A DNA stretch of 64,000 nt, from positions 48,689-112,688 of the forward strand of contig MCFE01000255.1 in assembly GCA_002104905.1 (NCBI GenBank), in the 5' to 3' direction. Under the pieces are notes generated by a model. That model had not been told where the DNA came from and did no database searches. It saw nothing but the letters and a program-made list of their open reading frames with translations. This DNA comes from Basidiobolus meristosporus CBS 931.73 (Eukaryota; Fungi; Basidiobolomycota). Within the stretch, counting starts at the first letter, position 1. Each line of letters begins with the position of its first letter. Positions 37,263 to 50,544 of this stretch are shown here, one piece after another. A program made the position numbers and the translations under genes.

Positions 37263-40200
37263 TGTTGTAAAATTTTTACTTCCACCTAAATATTCACCTA
37301 ACTTAGTCACTCAGATCATCACTTTCAAGTCCTAGAGAATACTGACCAAATTCCTTGTTGGGATTTACTTAGAATATTTTCACCAGAATACCAGGTACCC
37401 AGAACATGAAAATTTTCAAAGTTGTCCAAACAGCCCCAAACTTTGCACCCATGTTCTTGAGACCTTCCTTAACCTATTCTACATGTTTGTAATGCCAAAA
37501 CCAGGTAAAAGTATAAATACTACTTTTAAATTCTGTAAATTATTAACTGAAAACCACATAATCTATTTTTCTCCCAATCACTTCAAATATCTCCAGGACT
37601 CTTACAACAGGCTATGAGCCCCAAGCTGTCACTCTCTGCAATGTCTACTACTGCTTTTACTGGAATTTTTCCCTCTGCTGAAAAGTTGGATGGATCTAAC
37701 TACCAAGTGTGGAAGGTGAAGATGAAGATGCTGCTACAAGAAAGAGGCCTTTGGGATATTGTCATGGGAGAAGAATGCCCTCCTAAAAGCGTGGGAGAGG
37801 AAGCCTTAAAGTACCAGAAGAAAGAACAAAGTGCCTTTAACTGCATTTGCCTTAATGTCAAGGACAAATTGCTAATTCAATGCTCAAGAGCAAAAACAGC
37901 AAAGAATGCCTGGAAAGCATTAGAAGACACCTACCAGTCATGTTCAGCTGCCAAGAAAATGTATCTGAGATGAAAATTCTTTACACAAAGATGCAGCCAG
38001 GAGAAGTAATGAAAAATCTAATTAACAGAATTACCCTGCTAGTAGATGAGATGGAATATGTGGGTGTACCAACTACTGATGAGGATGTGATAGTTACCAT
38101 CCTGAATAGCCTGACAGACAAGTTTCAGGGCCTTGTATCAGCCCTAGAGTCCAGAACTGAAGATTTGACCTTAGTTTACATATATGGAAGGCTCCTGGAT
38201 GAAGAATTAAGAAAATCAATTGCTAATAAGATGGAAGAAAATGCTTTAATAAGCAATGATAACCAACAAAGGAGGTACTCAAGACCCTACAAAGGCAACT
38301 GCAACCTGTTTTGAAACTACTGCAAAGGAAATGACACACATCAGACTGGTGTCTCGAAAAGAGAGATAATCAGCAAAAGAAGCCTAAATATAGAAATGCT
38401 GAAACAGCTGAAGATAGACTATTCATATCTGCACTATATATGACCACAAACAAGGATTCTCAGATGTGGTATATTGACTCTGCAGCATCTCAACACTTTA
38501 CACACCAATAAGAACTTTTTACTCAATATCAAGATATTCCAATTAAGAAGGTTTTCATGGGTGACAATAGAACACTTGATGCAGTGGGAGAAGGAATTAG
38601 ACTTGTTCCATCATTCCAGCTGATCATTGTACCCAATAGTGCCATAGCATGCCAGATGGTGCCTGATCATGCCTCAGATTGCCAGATGGTGCCATACAGT
38701 GCCAATTTAGAATCAAAATTGACATGCAACCCTAAAATATCAAATTAATAACAAAATATACAGCACCCTCTGGCACTATGATCAATGGCACAATGTAACA
38801 AGTCTATTATCCAAGTAAATCTAAGAAGCAGTGAAGGAAGCCATACACTGACTCTCAAAGAAGTAAACTATGTACTAGAAATAGCCAAGAACCTACTATC
38901 TGCAAGCAAGGCCACTGCAGAAGGACCCAGTTTCAGCTTTGACAATTCTGGATGCAAGATCACTGATCAAAATGGTGCCCATGTTGCTCTGGGTATTAGA
39001 GATCAGAATCTATACAAGTTGAATTATTTTCCATCATATTTGGTAGCCAATATAAGTAACTTAAATGAATAAATACCAATGCTTTGGCACAGGAGATTTG
39101 GGCACATCAATTTTGATTATTTGCGCAGAATGGTCAAAGATCAGCTAATTTCTGGAGTAAAAATTGATCCCCCAGCTAGTTTGAAGCACTGTGAAGCCTG
39201 CATATATGGGAAACAAGCCAGACAACTGTTCAAGAACTCTGGGTTAATCAAAACTAAGAAAACTTAGATCTAATTCACTCAGATCTGTGTGTAATATGCA
39301 AAATTTATCCTTAGGCAGGATGAAGTATTTAATCACTTTTATTGATGATTATACAAGATACATATGGGTCTACTTCATGGATAGAAAGGAAGAAGCTCTG
39401 TCTAAGCTCACAGAGCTTAAAGCCATGGTGGAGAGAGAAACAGGTGAAAAGATCAAGAAAATATGCTTTGACAATGGTGCAGAATATACCTCAAAACTCT
39501 TCATCCACTTTTGCACAATTCATGGGATAAGGCAAGAGACTACTGTACCATACTCCCCACAGCAAAATGGAGTAGCAGAACATGCTAACAGTTCAATAAT
39601 TGATATGGCAAGATCTATGATCCATGATCAAAAATTATCCTATGATTTTTGGGCGGAATCAGTTGCCACTGCTGTATACCTTAAAAATAGGATTTATAAC
39701 AGAATACTTGGTGATTCTACTCCATTTGAAGCATGGTATGGATACAGACCAAGTGCAGGACATCTAAGAATTTTTGGGTGTACAGCATATGCCAAAAAAC
39801 TGGCCGGAAATCAGTCAAAATTTGATCCAAAAAGTGTAAAATGCATATATTTGGGCTACTGCACTGGGAGTAAGGCATACAGACTCTAAAATACCAAAGC
39901 AAAGAAGCTGATCAAGTCTAGGGCTGTATTGTTTGATGAAAATTCAAAATTTTTTTAAAAAATGACATCAGTTGATGACAAAAATTTGATCTCAAGTCCA
40001 CCAATGTCAGGATTAAATCAGAGCAAAACAGTGAGAGTTTTTTCACTCCAGAGGACTCTACAACCATGGTTCAGCCAGAATCAGTGGCCATGAATATCCC
40101 AGAAGTGATCATTCCAGTATCAAATGCCCAGAGATCCAAATGGACAAGAAATAGCAAAAATACTTTATTAATTAGGGTAAAACATAGCCTATGCCTCCTC

Positions 40201-42141
40201 AGTCCATATTGATGAGCCCCAGACTGGAAAGAGGCCCTAAATAGCCCTCAGACAAAGTTTTGGAGATCTGCAATGACTGAGGAATATCAGGCCCTGATGG
40301 AAAATCAAACATGGGACTTAGTCAAATTACCAATCAACCAAAAATCAATTGGATGCAGATGGGCCTTCAAGACAAAATACAAGGCTGATGGTACAATTGA
40401 AAGATACAAAGCAAGACTTGTGGCCAAAGGATACTCTCAAACGAAAGGACTTGACTATACTGTGACCTTTGCACTGGTAACCAAGTTTAATTTCATCCGA
40501 TTAAAATTGGCTATTGCAGCCAAATATAAGTTTTTTATTCATCAAATGGATGTAAAAACTGCATTTTTGAATGGAAAACTTGATGAGGATGTGTGTATGG
40601 ACCAGCCTGAGGGGTTTGTTGACCAAGATAACCCCCATTTGGTCTGCAAGCTTAAACAGTCACTCTATGGCCTCAAACAATCACCAAGAGCCTGGAATTG
40701 CAAGATAGATTCTTATTTGGAATCTTTGAGTTTCAAAAGGAGTAATGCTGACTATAGTATATACTATAAGCCAGATAGGGCAAATCCAGTTCAATTAGCT
40801 CTATATGTGGATGATCTTATTATAGCCACCAATAACCTAGAAACATTGGAAGAGACTAAATCCAGCCTATCTAAGGAGTTCAAGATGTCCAATCTAGGAG
40901 AACTTAATTACCACTTAGGGATTAAGTTCTCCATTGGCAGAAGTACCCAGACTATTACCCTGAGCCAATCCAAGTATACTCAAGATATACTAAAGAAGTA
41001 CCAGATGGTAGACTGTAAACCAGCAGCTACCCCAATGGAGACAAACCTTAACTTGGTCAAAGCTCAACCAAATCAAGAGAGCTTGGTGCCATCTGAAAGC
41101 CCTGACTTTCCTTATCAATCTATGATCGGCAGTCTGATGTATATTATGCTTGGAACACATCCAGATATCTCATATTCTGTGGGAGTTGTCAGTCAACATA
41201 ACCAGAACTTTGGATCTGATCATATTGCAGCAGTTAAGCGGATTTTTAGTTACCTAAAAGGAGCTGCTGATATCTGCTTAAGATACACTTACAAGGATTT
41301 AGAACAGGATCTTGTGGGATACTCTGATGCTGATTGGGGACAAAGTTTGGAAGACAGAAGATCCACCACAGGATACACCTTTCTTTACTGTAAAGGAGCA
41401 ATTTCATGGAATTCAAGAAAGCAACCGACCATAGCACTTTCCATCATAGAGGCAGAGTATATTGCAGCCTGTGATGCTGCAAAAGAAGCAATGTGGTTAA
41501 GAAAGCTGTTTACAGATTTAGGCCTATGTCAAAAAATGCCTATTAATTTATTTCAAGATAATCAAGGATGTATACAATTAGGTAGAAATCAAACTTTTCA
41601 TGCTAGAACCAAGCACATAGATATTAGACATCATTTCAAACTTGAAGCAATCGAGAATAATATAGTTAGCTTAGTTTACTATCCTACAGATGAAATGATT
41701 GCAGATATATTTACCAAACCATTCAGCTAGAGACAAGTTTGAATATCTTAGGTCAAAACTAGGACTAGTCTGTATGAACATTTAGCTGAGTGGGAGTGTT
41801 GTAAAATTTGTATATCCACCTAAGTACTCACCTAACTTAGTCACCTAGATCATCACCTTCTAATCCTAGAGAATACCAACCAAATTTCTTGTTGGGATTT
41901 ACTTAGAATATTCTCACCAAAATACCAGGTACCTAGAACATGAAAATTCTCAAAGTTGTCCAAACAGCTCCAAACTTTGACACATGTTCTTGGGACCTTC
42001 CTTAACTTATTCTACGTGTTTGTAATGCCAAGACCAGGTAAGTATAAATACTACTTTTACATTCAATAAATCATTAAGTAAAAACCACATAATCTATTTG
42101 TTCTCCCAATCACTTCCAATATCTCCAAGACTCTTACAACA
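37263..42141 (+). mobile_element. Ty1/Copia copy B, full length, defective; LTRs 37263-37609 and 41797-42141
   Basis: TG..CA LTRs; PBS GGCTATGAGCCC; 5-bp TSD AGAAA; gag, integrase (DNGAEY..TVPYSPQQNGVAE) and a 485-aa RT/RNase H ORF at 40273-41730 ([24 protein letters not shown]). Confidence 0.95.
38599..38805. mobile_element. 207-bp MITE of the PHIS family inserted in the Copia B protease region
   Basis: TIRs AGACTTGTTCC / TAACAAGTCT; TSD ATT; removal restores GAA GGA ATT ATC CAA GTA (EGIIQV), matching copy C EGTIQV. Confidence 0.92.
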
Positions 42142-43056
42142 AGAAAACAGCCAACATCTTGTTGCTGGTTTGGGTAGACCTTTTGCTCATTACCTTTACC
42201 ATTTTTGCTGCCAAGTGGTTCACTGCTACTTTGCCTGAGTGCTTCTTGTATTGTACTGAGTTTATGCTTTGATGATGCTACACCGGTGAGTCTGTGTTTA
42301 CCTGCATATCTCTTGCTGGCACTCTTCTGGCATCCTGACATTTGCAAGCTGCTTGCTTAGAACTATCAGCCCTGCTTGTGATAGACTCCTGAGAAAGATG
42401 CAGGCTTTAGTCATTGTCAAGTCCTTCACTGCTACTGTGACCAAGTGCTTCTTGTATTGCACATTGTTTTCTCCTTAATGAATACTGAACTGGTGCATAT
42501 GTTTTTGCCTGCTTGTCCCTTGCTGGAGCTCTCTGGCCACCAAATGCTATTTGCTGCTTATTGGACCTTGCAGCCCTGCTTGTGATTGGCTCCTGAGAAG
42601 GTTGCAGGTATTTATCACTGTCATGTCCTTCTTTGCTGCTGTGACTGAGTGCTTCTTGTATTGGACTACACTTTCACCTTGATAAATACTGCACTGATGC
42701 ATCTGTTTCTGCCAGCCTGTCCCTAACTGGCACTAATCTGACTACCCAGCATCTCTTTGCCACCTGTTTAGACCTTTCAACCCTGCTTATAACTCGCTAT
42801 TGAGAAAGCTGCTAGTTTTTAACATGGCTTCTTTTTCATTGTACCTTTGATTGCTTCTGCTATTCTTGAGATACTTACTCAGCATACCAATGTTGGCCTA
42901 AGATCCATTTGCTTGCTTGAGTCCCAGACAAAGCTCATGGAACAGGTCAAACACATTCTGCTTAGCCTTGAATTCCTGACAGTCCCATTGAATGCTAGCC
43001 TTAAGATGATGCCATGCTGGACCTCTAAAAGCCTACTGAATATTAGCCCACTTTCC

Positions 43057-43406
43057 TGTTGAAATATTAGAGAGATATGTTGGAAGTGAATTGGAGAATT
43101 AGAAGATTTATATGATATTCACTTTATGTTTTATTGAGTTGCAACACAGTATTTATACTTATTGCAGAACTACGTAAATGTGACTATTTGGTCATTATTA
43201 GGGGAGTCTCAGGAGTACATGTGCCAAGTTTCAGCTCATTTGGACAAGTTTTAAATTTTCCTAAAATTCTGTACTTCTCTAATTCCTAACAATTAGTAAA
43301 TATCTTACAAACCAATTTCCATGTTGATAATCTGAAATATATCATTTCACTAAGTGCTAGTTCATAATATGTTAATAATTAGGTGGACTCCTAATTATTT
43401 CAACAT
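43057..43406. mobile_element. Solo LTR of an unrelated family inside CACTA copy 3 ORF2
   Basis: TGTTGAAA...TTTCAACA ends; flanks TTTCC / TTTTC (5-bp TSD, one mismatch); ORF2 is colinear on both sides. Confidence 0.75.
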
Positions 43407-46400
43407 TTTCAGCATTGCACTCAAGGGCTTTTATTCTTATGATTTGGTATAAGCACCTCAGTCTCTCCTTTCCATGCAGTGATAGGTTCTTTGGGGATCT
43501 ATATCGCTGGGCACTGCTGTTGTGCTTCAAAGACTGAAGTGTGTCCTTGGCAGTGATAATGGGAAATGTCCCAATTATTGGCTGTGACATTGAGATACTT
43601 AAGTTCTTTCTTTTCAGTAAAGATACTCCATTTTGTACCTTGGATATTGCTTGCACTACGCATATTACCCACTCATCCAGGTTCTGGATTATTTCCTGAT
43701 TTCTCCAGGCCACTGCAAATATTCTATCAGCCACTCCACCTAATTGCCTCATATATGCTTTAGTATGAGCTGATCACATACTTACTTTTACAGAGAGTGG
43801 TGATGTTATGACTGCTACTTGTTGTTTTTCAACTGAGAGTACTGCATTTGCTACATTCTCCTCTGCCTGAGTATTATGATTAGCTTGTGTAACCACAGAG
43901 ATTTTCATTTGCCAACTTGACTGGGAGCCTGAGGAGTTGGCAGTATTACCTTCAGTAGGTGCACTAACAAGATGATCACTGTTGGATGTAGCCCTGCGTT
44001 GTGCACTCAATGTCAAAGCAAGCTGTAGTCAAGCCATTCTTCTGCTGCTGTCAATGGTGGGACTTGGCTGGGAGCCAGACAACTTTGCTTTATTTTTTGG
44101 TGGCATTTGTATGGAAGTGAGTCAAACCAAAGGGAAAATAATGTTACATATAGGTGTGTATATGGTGCCACAGCTTTACTAACAGTGCTTAATATGTCTG
44201 GGCATTATTGAATCTTCCATTCATGTAGGTGCAATTTCTCAAATATAAGACTGTTATGAGTTTGTGATGCCTTTAGGCTCACCTCAGCCTTCTGAATATG
44301 GCACACTGAATGGTTGCTCTGACAGAAAAGGTTTGCTGATGAATTGTGAGCCTATCTCCCCTGAAAATAGTACCATGTATGAGCCTAGTAAAGTCCCAAT
44401 ATGCAATGAGACAGCACCCACTGAAATAAATGCCAAGAAATACTTAATGGAGCCAAGTTAGCCCAGTAATCCATATACTGGTGAATGATGTAATGTTGTG
44501 GCTAGAGAAATGGCACATTTCCACTAATATCAACAATGGGGGCTTTGAGGATTTATCACTACTTCTTGCCAAATCATTCCAGGATGCAACTTACCATGTA
44601 TATGGTTCAATGGACAATGGTCATGTGGCTGGCAAAATATTACCCTGAGACTGTCCTAGTTCAAGCATGTGTTAACAGTTGCATGGTATTCACATCCAAA
44701 AATGCTACCATTGTAATATGTCCATATTGTCAGGAATCCACCACCATTGAGGGAAAATATTGCTCACACTCCAGATAAACTTTGGTAATACCCTGTCTAA
44801 AGAAGCTAATGCAGTCCAACAAATGTTGCAAATCTATACAGTACTGTACTCAGTATCAATTAAGTGCAAACATATCCGGTATATTTGATGTCAAACACTA
44901 CAAACAGCTGAGAATCAAGGGCTACTTTTGAGGTATGTAGGACTGTGCCTTTGCCTTAGCACATGATGGATTCTCATTAAATAAGTACTCTACCAGCAAA
45001 TCCTGCTGGCCACTGATTCTCATCAACCTGAATCTACTGCCCATCTTATGGCATCAGAGTAATAATCTGATGGTAGTCTCACTGATATCTGGGTTTAAAT
45101 TGCTGTCCAACTTGGATAGCTACCTGTGTCCATTGCTGCATGAATTTTGTATGCTTTCCTGCAGGATAACAGTAAAAGACCATCATGTAAAAGCACGTAT
45201 TGTTATCTGCATGGGAGATACCCCAGCCATCAGCAAGATAGCAGGTTCTTCTGGGCTCAATGGAAGGAACTGCTGACAAATGCGTGAGATCCAGAGGATT
45301 TACTTGATAACTCACATATTATTATTACCCAAACACCAGCACTATGATCATCATCTTTCCACAGAGAGAATGTACTAAAGTCAGCATGCAATTGCAGCAA
45401 AGTTGGCAAGCTATAAGCCATTGGCCAGAATATGGAATCAATTAGAAGCCAGAGATACTTACAATAGAGGGCATCTGTTGGAACAAAAGCTCTCTACTGG
45501 GAACATTGTGTTTGCTTTTCAACAATTTTGTTACACTGATGACCAAGTTGTGCATGGGGCATTTCAAGACAAATGACCCCTTCAAGATACTAGAGAAATT
45601 TGAAAGAACTGGCAAGATATTACAAAGTATCTGCTACCCTAAGTACTTCTCACAGGCTTCAATCAATATTTATATGCGTATGGATTAAATAAGGGGAGGT
45701 AGAAAATGGAAATACCATCCGGTAAATTGGCATGGTAGCATCATACAGAACTAGCTGTAGGCCACCATACTGCCATTATAATGCCATCAGATTCTTGCTG
45801 TAAGGCTGCTGAAGCACCATCAAGAATTTTGCCATATAAGGCATTTAATGTCCTGGCTGGTTAGATCCATTTAAAATAGTTGTAGAGTGCATTAAGACCA
45901 CAACAATGCCATACAGTTATTGTCACAGCATCAATCAAATCCTGTCAAGTTCTATAACTTTAGTTGGCAGTAAAATTAGTGAAATGACATTGTGATCCCA
46001 CCAGACAATTGTTAAGTGGGTCACTGATTCCAAGCTGCTGGTATTATGATGGTATATAAATTGGATCATGATTACTGATCTGGATTTGATCCACCCATGG
46101 GGCCAAATTATTTTTCATAGGGTTTGGTAGAAATCCACAGCTTTATGCCACTGTTCATTCACTGTTTCCCATTTGTCCTGGTCTTCAGGCAACCCTGCAA
46201 GGTCTAGCTCCTCATCTGCCAGTCTTTGCAATCAATCCTTGCGCTATACAAGTGTATTTTCTTCAGCACTGCCCTTGAAGAAGTGCTGCATGCTCTTGGT
46301 GTGCCTATAAATGTTTCCAAATTCCACTGAAGGCATTGTTTTAACCATTTGAGCTCTTGATGTTTTTACTTTGTTGCAGGTGGGATCTCAACTCTGTCAA

Positions 46401-46960
46401 CAATGGAGGATGTGGAGGCTGTGGTAGACAAGTTGACTTCCTCTGTAAACTCATCACCATGCTGGAGTGTAGCTCAACTGGCCATGCTTCTATTCTGAAT
46501 AGACACAAGGCTAAAGAGTAGAGCTAGGCAAGGCAGGCCCAGGAAAGGACCTAGGTGTGGATCAACAAGGCAAGGTAGATTTCCAAGGCAAGGCTATTTA
46601 TTCATGACCTATGTTGATCAAACTGAGGAATTTGTAGGTTGGATGGAATTAAACTAAAGAACAGACTAGAATGTCACACAGGGATATGACAAGGGTCAGC
46701 AGCTCATGTGATCAGGTGATGTGACAGGCACCTATCATATATGGTACTGAGCTACATAAATTACAATTGGAAGCTTCCATATAATGTTCCATTGTGTACA
46801 ATCAACTTGGAGCATTCCAGAAGCTGCTAGAATGTAGTAGAGCTTTCTGCAGGTAGCTGGGATTTCTTCACCAACTTGATTTGGCTGGATCATGAAAGGT
46901 CAAGGATGTCATGTGCTTTTGACACTTTCTCCTCTCTTGAGCAGATTTCCTCAAGCTTTT

Positions 46961-47430
46961 CCCTATGAAAAATGTTTTGGTCCCACAGATGGATTCAATC
47001 TGGATTTGCCATCAGGATCCCATTTGGAGACCATCATAATACCAGCAGCTTGGAATTAATGACCATCTTAGCAATCTTTTTACAGGATCACCACAACATT
47101 AAGCTTATTTTGCTGCCAAATAAAGTTAAAAATCTGACAGGGTTTGATTGGTGCTATAGCAATCAATGCATGGCACTGTTGCAGTCTTAATGCGCTCTAC
47201 AACTATCTTAAATGGATCCATCCAGCCAGTACATCCAATTGCCTTCTATGGCAAAAAGATTAAGAGTGTTTTGCTGGCCTCATTGAAAGTCTCTGATGGC
47301 ATTATTATGGCTGTATGGCAGCCTACAGCTAGTTCTGTGTAATGATACCGCAACAATTTACCAAATGGTATTTCCTATCTCCTTTTTCTACCAACCCTTG
47401 TGCAGTTCATATATCCTACTGTAGAATCAC
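46961..47430. mobile_element. CACTA terminal fragment inserted in the Gypsy remnant
   Basis: Begins CCCTATGAAAAAT and aligns to 23130 onward. Confidence 0.7.
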
Positions 47431-48052
47431 TCCTGTTGAGTTGCATACCCACCACTACCTTGGGTAAAAGTGCTATCATGATTAAGCACAGCTCTAGGCT
47501 GTTGCTTGTTTTCTGCAAACTTCCTGTACCCTTGATGGGCTAAGAATAGTTCTTTCTTGATTGTTTCTTGGATTTCTAGAATTGTTGATGCATATTCAGA
47601 TACTGGGAGGCTCATAGGATTTGCAGGAGTCTGAATAACAAATTATAGATGAATATAATAATATGCATAGAATGTGGTGAGTCCAGTTACACTATGACAT
47701 GTGTTGTTATAGGCAAATTCTACAAGTGGTAGGAGCTGGGTCCAGTTATCTTACTGATAGGTGATATAGCACCAAAGGTACTATTCAAGGGTCCGGTTAA
47801 TTCTTTCAGTCTGGCCATCCGACTGAGGATGGAAAGCAGCTGAGAGTTTGACTTGTGCACCAAGGTATTAGACTTGTTCCGTTGGATAGTGCCACATAGT
47901 GCCAGCCTGTTTATGGTGCCGGATCAATCTGGCACTCTACGGCACTATCTGGCACTATAATTTCTACCATGATGCCTGTGGTATGATACAGCTACTGGTA
48001 ATTTTACTCAATCTTACTTATGTTGCTCAGAATAGTGCTTTCCTTGCTTTAT

Positions 48053-48979
48053 TTACTCTTCATAATGCTCCAGACACATTTCTCTCAGTGGATGTCTTCT
48101 TGTATGAACATACTGTGCATTAATAAGTATCTTAACTATTTTACCTATTCTGCTGTTTTCTCCTGTATATGACTTTCCTCTGTATTTACCTGCCAATATG
48201 CTGAATCTCTTCAGATATCCAAATGTGTGCTCTACCCTTACTCCAAAATGATTAAATATCTCATTGTAGAGCTTCTGCTTCCTGCTAAGTACACCATTCC
48301 TTGGCTTCCTATAAGCTGTAATACATCCTAATCTCTGACAATCCTCTCCTATATAAGCTAAGTCTGCCATACATTTCTCCCCTCTACTGAATTCAGGATG
48401 ATTCTCTACCCAGAGTGCTTTGTCATGCCTACTTCCAGCAAATGGCCTACTAAACCAGATGATGTTACCCTCAATGTCAGACAGTGCTTGAAACTTCACA
48501 CAGTGTGCCTTGTACTTGCCAGAATAAAAGTGCCTCTGCCCTCTAGAAGGTCTGTTAATCCTCACTGGGGAGGTATCCAAAATACTCCTGATATGGAACC
48601 TGTTGCTGAACACTCTGGGATATGGAAGTCTATTGGAGCTTCTGAACCTAGTATTCCAAGCTTGCTCTAAGTCATTCATACCCTCTGCAAGGTGGTTCTC
48701 CATTGCTGTCAGCTGGGAATGAAAGCTTCCAGGACTTTTGTTGCCATGGATGGTGGGATGAAACCTGGTAGGGCAATAGTTCTTGTAATAGCAGAGAAGC
48801 TTGACAAGGGATCTCCTTGAGTAGATTGGGGTTGATGGTCCACAGTACTTGGAATAGATCTCCTCTAGTGTGTCAAAAGAAAATCCAGTGGTAGTGATGG
48901 GATTGATGAGAAAAGACCATTCAGATGAGTAAGTCATATTAAAATTGGTGGATGATTGTATTAAGGCGGTTTGAATCAA
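48053..48979 (-). CDS. DDE transposase (DDE_Tnp_4 / IS5-ISL2-Harbinger-like), 308 aa, uninterrupted ORF
   Basis: ILDTSPVRINRP..QRHFYSGKYKAHCVKFQ..GSRHD..MADLAYIG..RKP..L..KQKLYN..VRVEHTFGYLKRFSIL, with the D, D, E catalytic candidates present. Confidence 0.88.
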   Translation of the reverse strand: MIQTALIQSSTNFNMTYSSEWSFLINPITTTGFSFDTLEEIYSKYCGPSTPIYSRRSLVKLLCYYKNYCPTRFHPTIHGNKSPGSFHSQLTAMENHLAEGMNDLEQAWNTRFRSSNRLPYPRVFSNRFHIRSILDTSPVRINRPSRGQRHFYSGKYKAHCVKFQALSDIEGNIIWFSRPFAGSRHDKALWVENHPEFSRGEKCMADLAYIGEDCQRLGCITAYRKPRNGVLSRKQKLYNEIFNHFGVRVEHTFGYLKRFSILAGKYRGKSYTGENSRIGKIVKILINAQYVHTRRHPLREMCLEHYEE

Positions 48980-49389
48980 TTTGGCGCGATCTGCCTTATT
49001 TATCTGATTTTTAATACATTATGGTTAAATCTCCATCAATTGCCATGTATCCCATCATTATGTTGCAAATATTATCCGCAAACAATGCCTTGGTACTTTT
49101 ATTGATGCTTTAATCATAGGTCTATAATCAAATAGGAAATCTGCGATTGATGTGATCTGATCTGTGTCAACGCGATCCAAGATGCATCATGCATAATATA
49201 TGGAAAATTCAACAATCACATTAGTTTTCATATATATTTCATATAAGACCAGGTTGATGCCAATATACTACTGTATAAGTATCCAAATCTGTTGCTATGG
49301 TCCCCATACCAAGCCTCAACTCATCTTTAGTACAACCCAGACAAAACCCATCCCCCAGCTCACCAGCGCGGTCCGGACCGGAAAAGTCA

Positions 49390-50544
49390 ATGTTGGATCT
49401 GTTTGAGTTCTTGCCAAATGATTTTAGTATGGCCCAGGTGTCTATGATGAGCCTTCATACAGATATTTGGGCACTACTGATTAATCTAGCAGAACTAGAT
49501 ACCTCAGAGAGTTGACAAAGATGGAAGAATTTGAGTAGAAAGCTGTGGCATGAGTTCTACATCAAGATGCCAGCCAATGTATGTAAAAAGATATATAACA
49601 AGACAAGTATTGAAATCAAGAATGAGCTGAGAGTGAGGGGATTTGACAAAGTAGCCGCGTGGGAGCAATTTTGCATGCAATTTGCACAGTACGGGCCGGA
49701 CGCGTCTGTTTGTGCCTCAACTTTGGGAACCAAAGAGATTTTGAATGAGTTTTTGCCTCAAATGACTAATGTACTACATGATTTATTAGTAGAGCTAAGT
49801 GGCTTCCGAGAGCAATATATACAGGACTCATCCAGGCAACAGCTCCAAAGTATCAGACAGAGGGTAAGTGAATACCTTGAGGAATCAGATGGTGAGCTTC
49901 AGGAGGAAGTATACAGACCGCAAGCAGCATCATCCAGATTGCACCAGCACACCTTGCTGGATTCCCTACCATCTCTTACAACCACAGCGCGCCGGCCCAC
50001 GTCAGTCCAGAGTACACCAACACCCTTTACCAGAACGCCCCGCATCAAGTCAACGCGTGTTGGGTCAACACGCGCGCTTCAGAGCAAAACTATGAGAACT
50101 TGCCAAACTGCTCATTTAGACACAAGTCCATTGGAGCGGACCAAGTTGCGTCAACTTGCAGCATCACATTGAGCTCAGCCAAGGGCCATCTCAACGCGTC
50201 AAGGCGCGCCTGCACGTGCCGTTTTGCCTGACCATCAGCAAGTTACTTCTGGTGAACTGACTGATGATGACCAACATGAAGTGCCTCAACCACCGGAGCC
50301 CTTGGCAAGTAAAAGAACGCGTCAGCACGTGGCACTACAGGCCAGTTCAGTTGGTTCAGTTGGAGCAATTCAGCGCGGCCAAGCTGTAGCATTGCACTCA
50401 TCAACTAGGAGGCAAAATACTGACTACAAATACACAAGTAGCCAAGGTGATAATCAGCCAGGAAGTAGTATAGGTGTGCAAAGTGAGTCACTACCAAATG
50501 CTTCAGTAGTAATCCCTGTGAGAAAAAAACCCAGGAGAAGATGA
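49390..50544 (+). pseudogene. PHIS accessory ORF2, copy 2 (one frame, two in-frame TGA)
   Basis: ORFs 49297-49515, 49531-50172 and 50224-50544 lie in one frame separated by single TGA codons; ends in the NLS-like RKKPRRR. Confidence 0.7.

Larger units (their letters stand above)
30769..46122. mobile_element. CACTA/CMC copy 3, host of three nested insertions (CACTA copy 2, Copia B, a solo LTR)
   Basis: Left terminus CCCTATGAAAA at 30769 continues after copy 2 as ATAATTATGATGATCCC; ORF2 (-) is continuous across the Copia B TSD; transposase remnant ~44200-45700 (+); right terminus TTTTTCATAGGG at 46122. Its own TSD does not match (AAT vs TTT). Confidence 0.7.

Noticed and set aside
38620-38800. 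Short GTGCCA repeats looking like a CRISPR or iteron array
   Set aside because: Irregular spacing, no spacers of uniform length, eukaryotic context; explained as MITE subterminal motifs.
47866-47872. Alternative reading of the PHIS ends as a GAC terminus with a TA TSD (Tc1/mariner-like)
   Set aside because: This would leave an extra TAA codon in the Gypsy integrase and break its WxxLxxxLG spacing; the ATT/AAT model fits all four insertions.
49513-50172. Selenocysteine or programmed readthrough at the shared TGA codons
   Set aside because: No SECIS or readthrough context identified; CpG decay of CGA or shared ancestry is simpler in this compartment.
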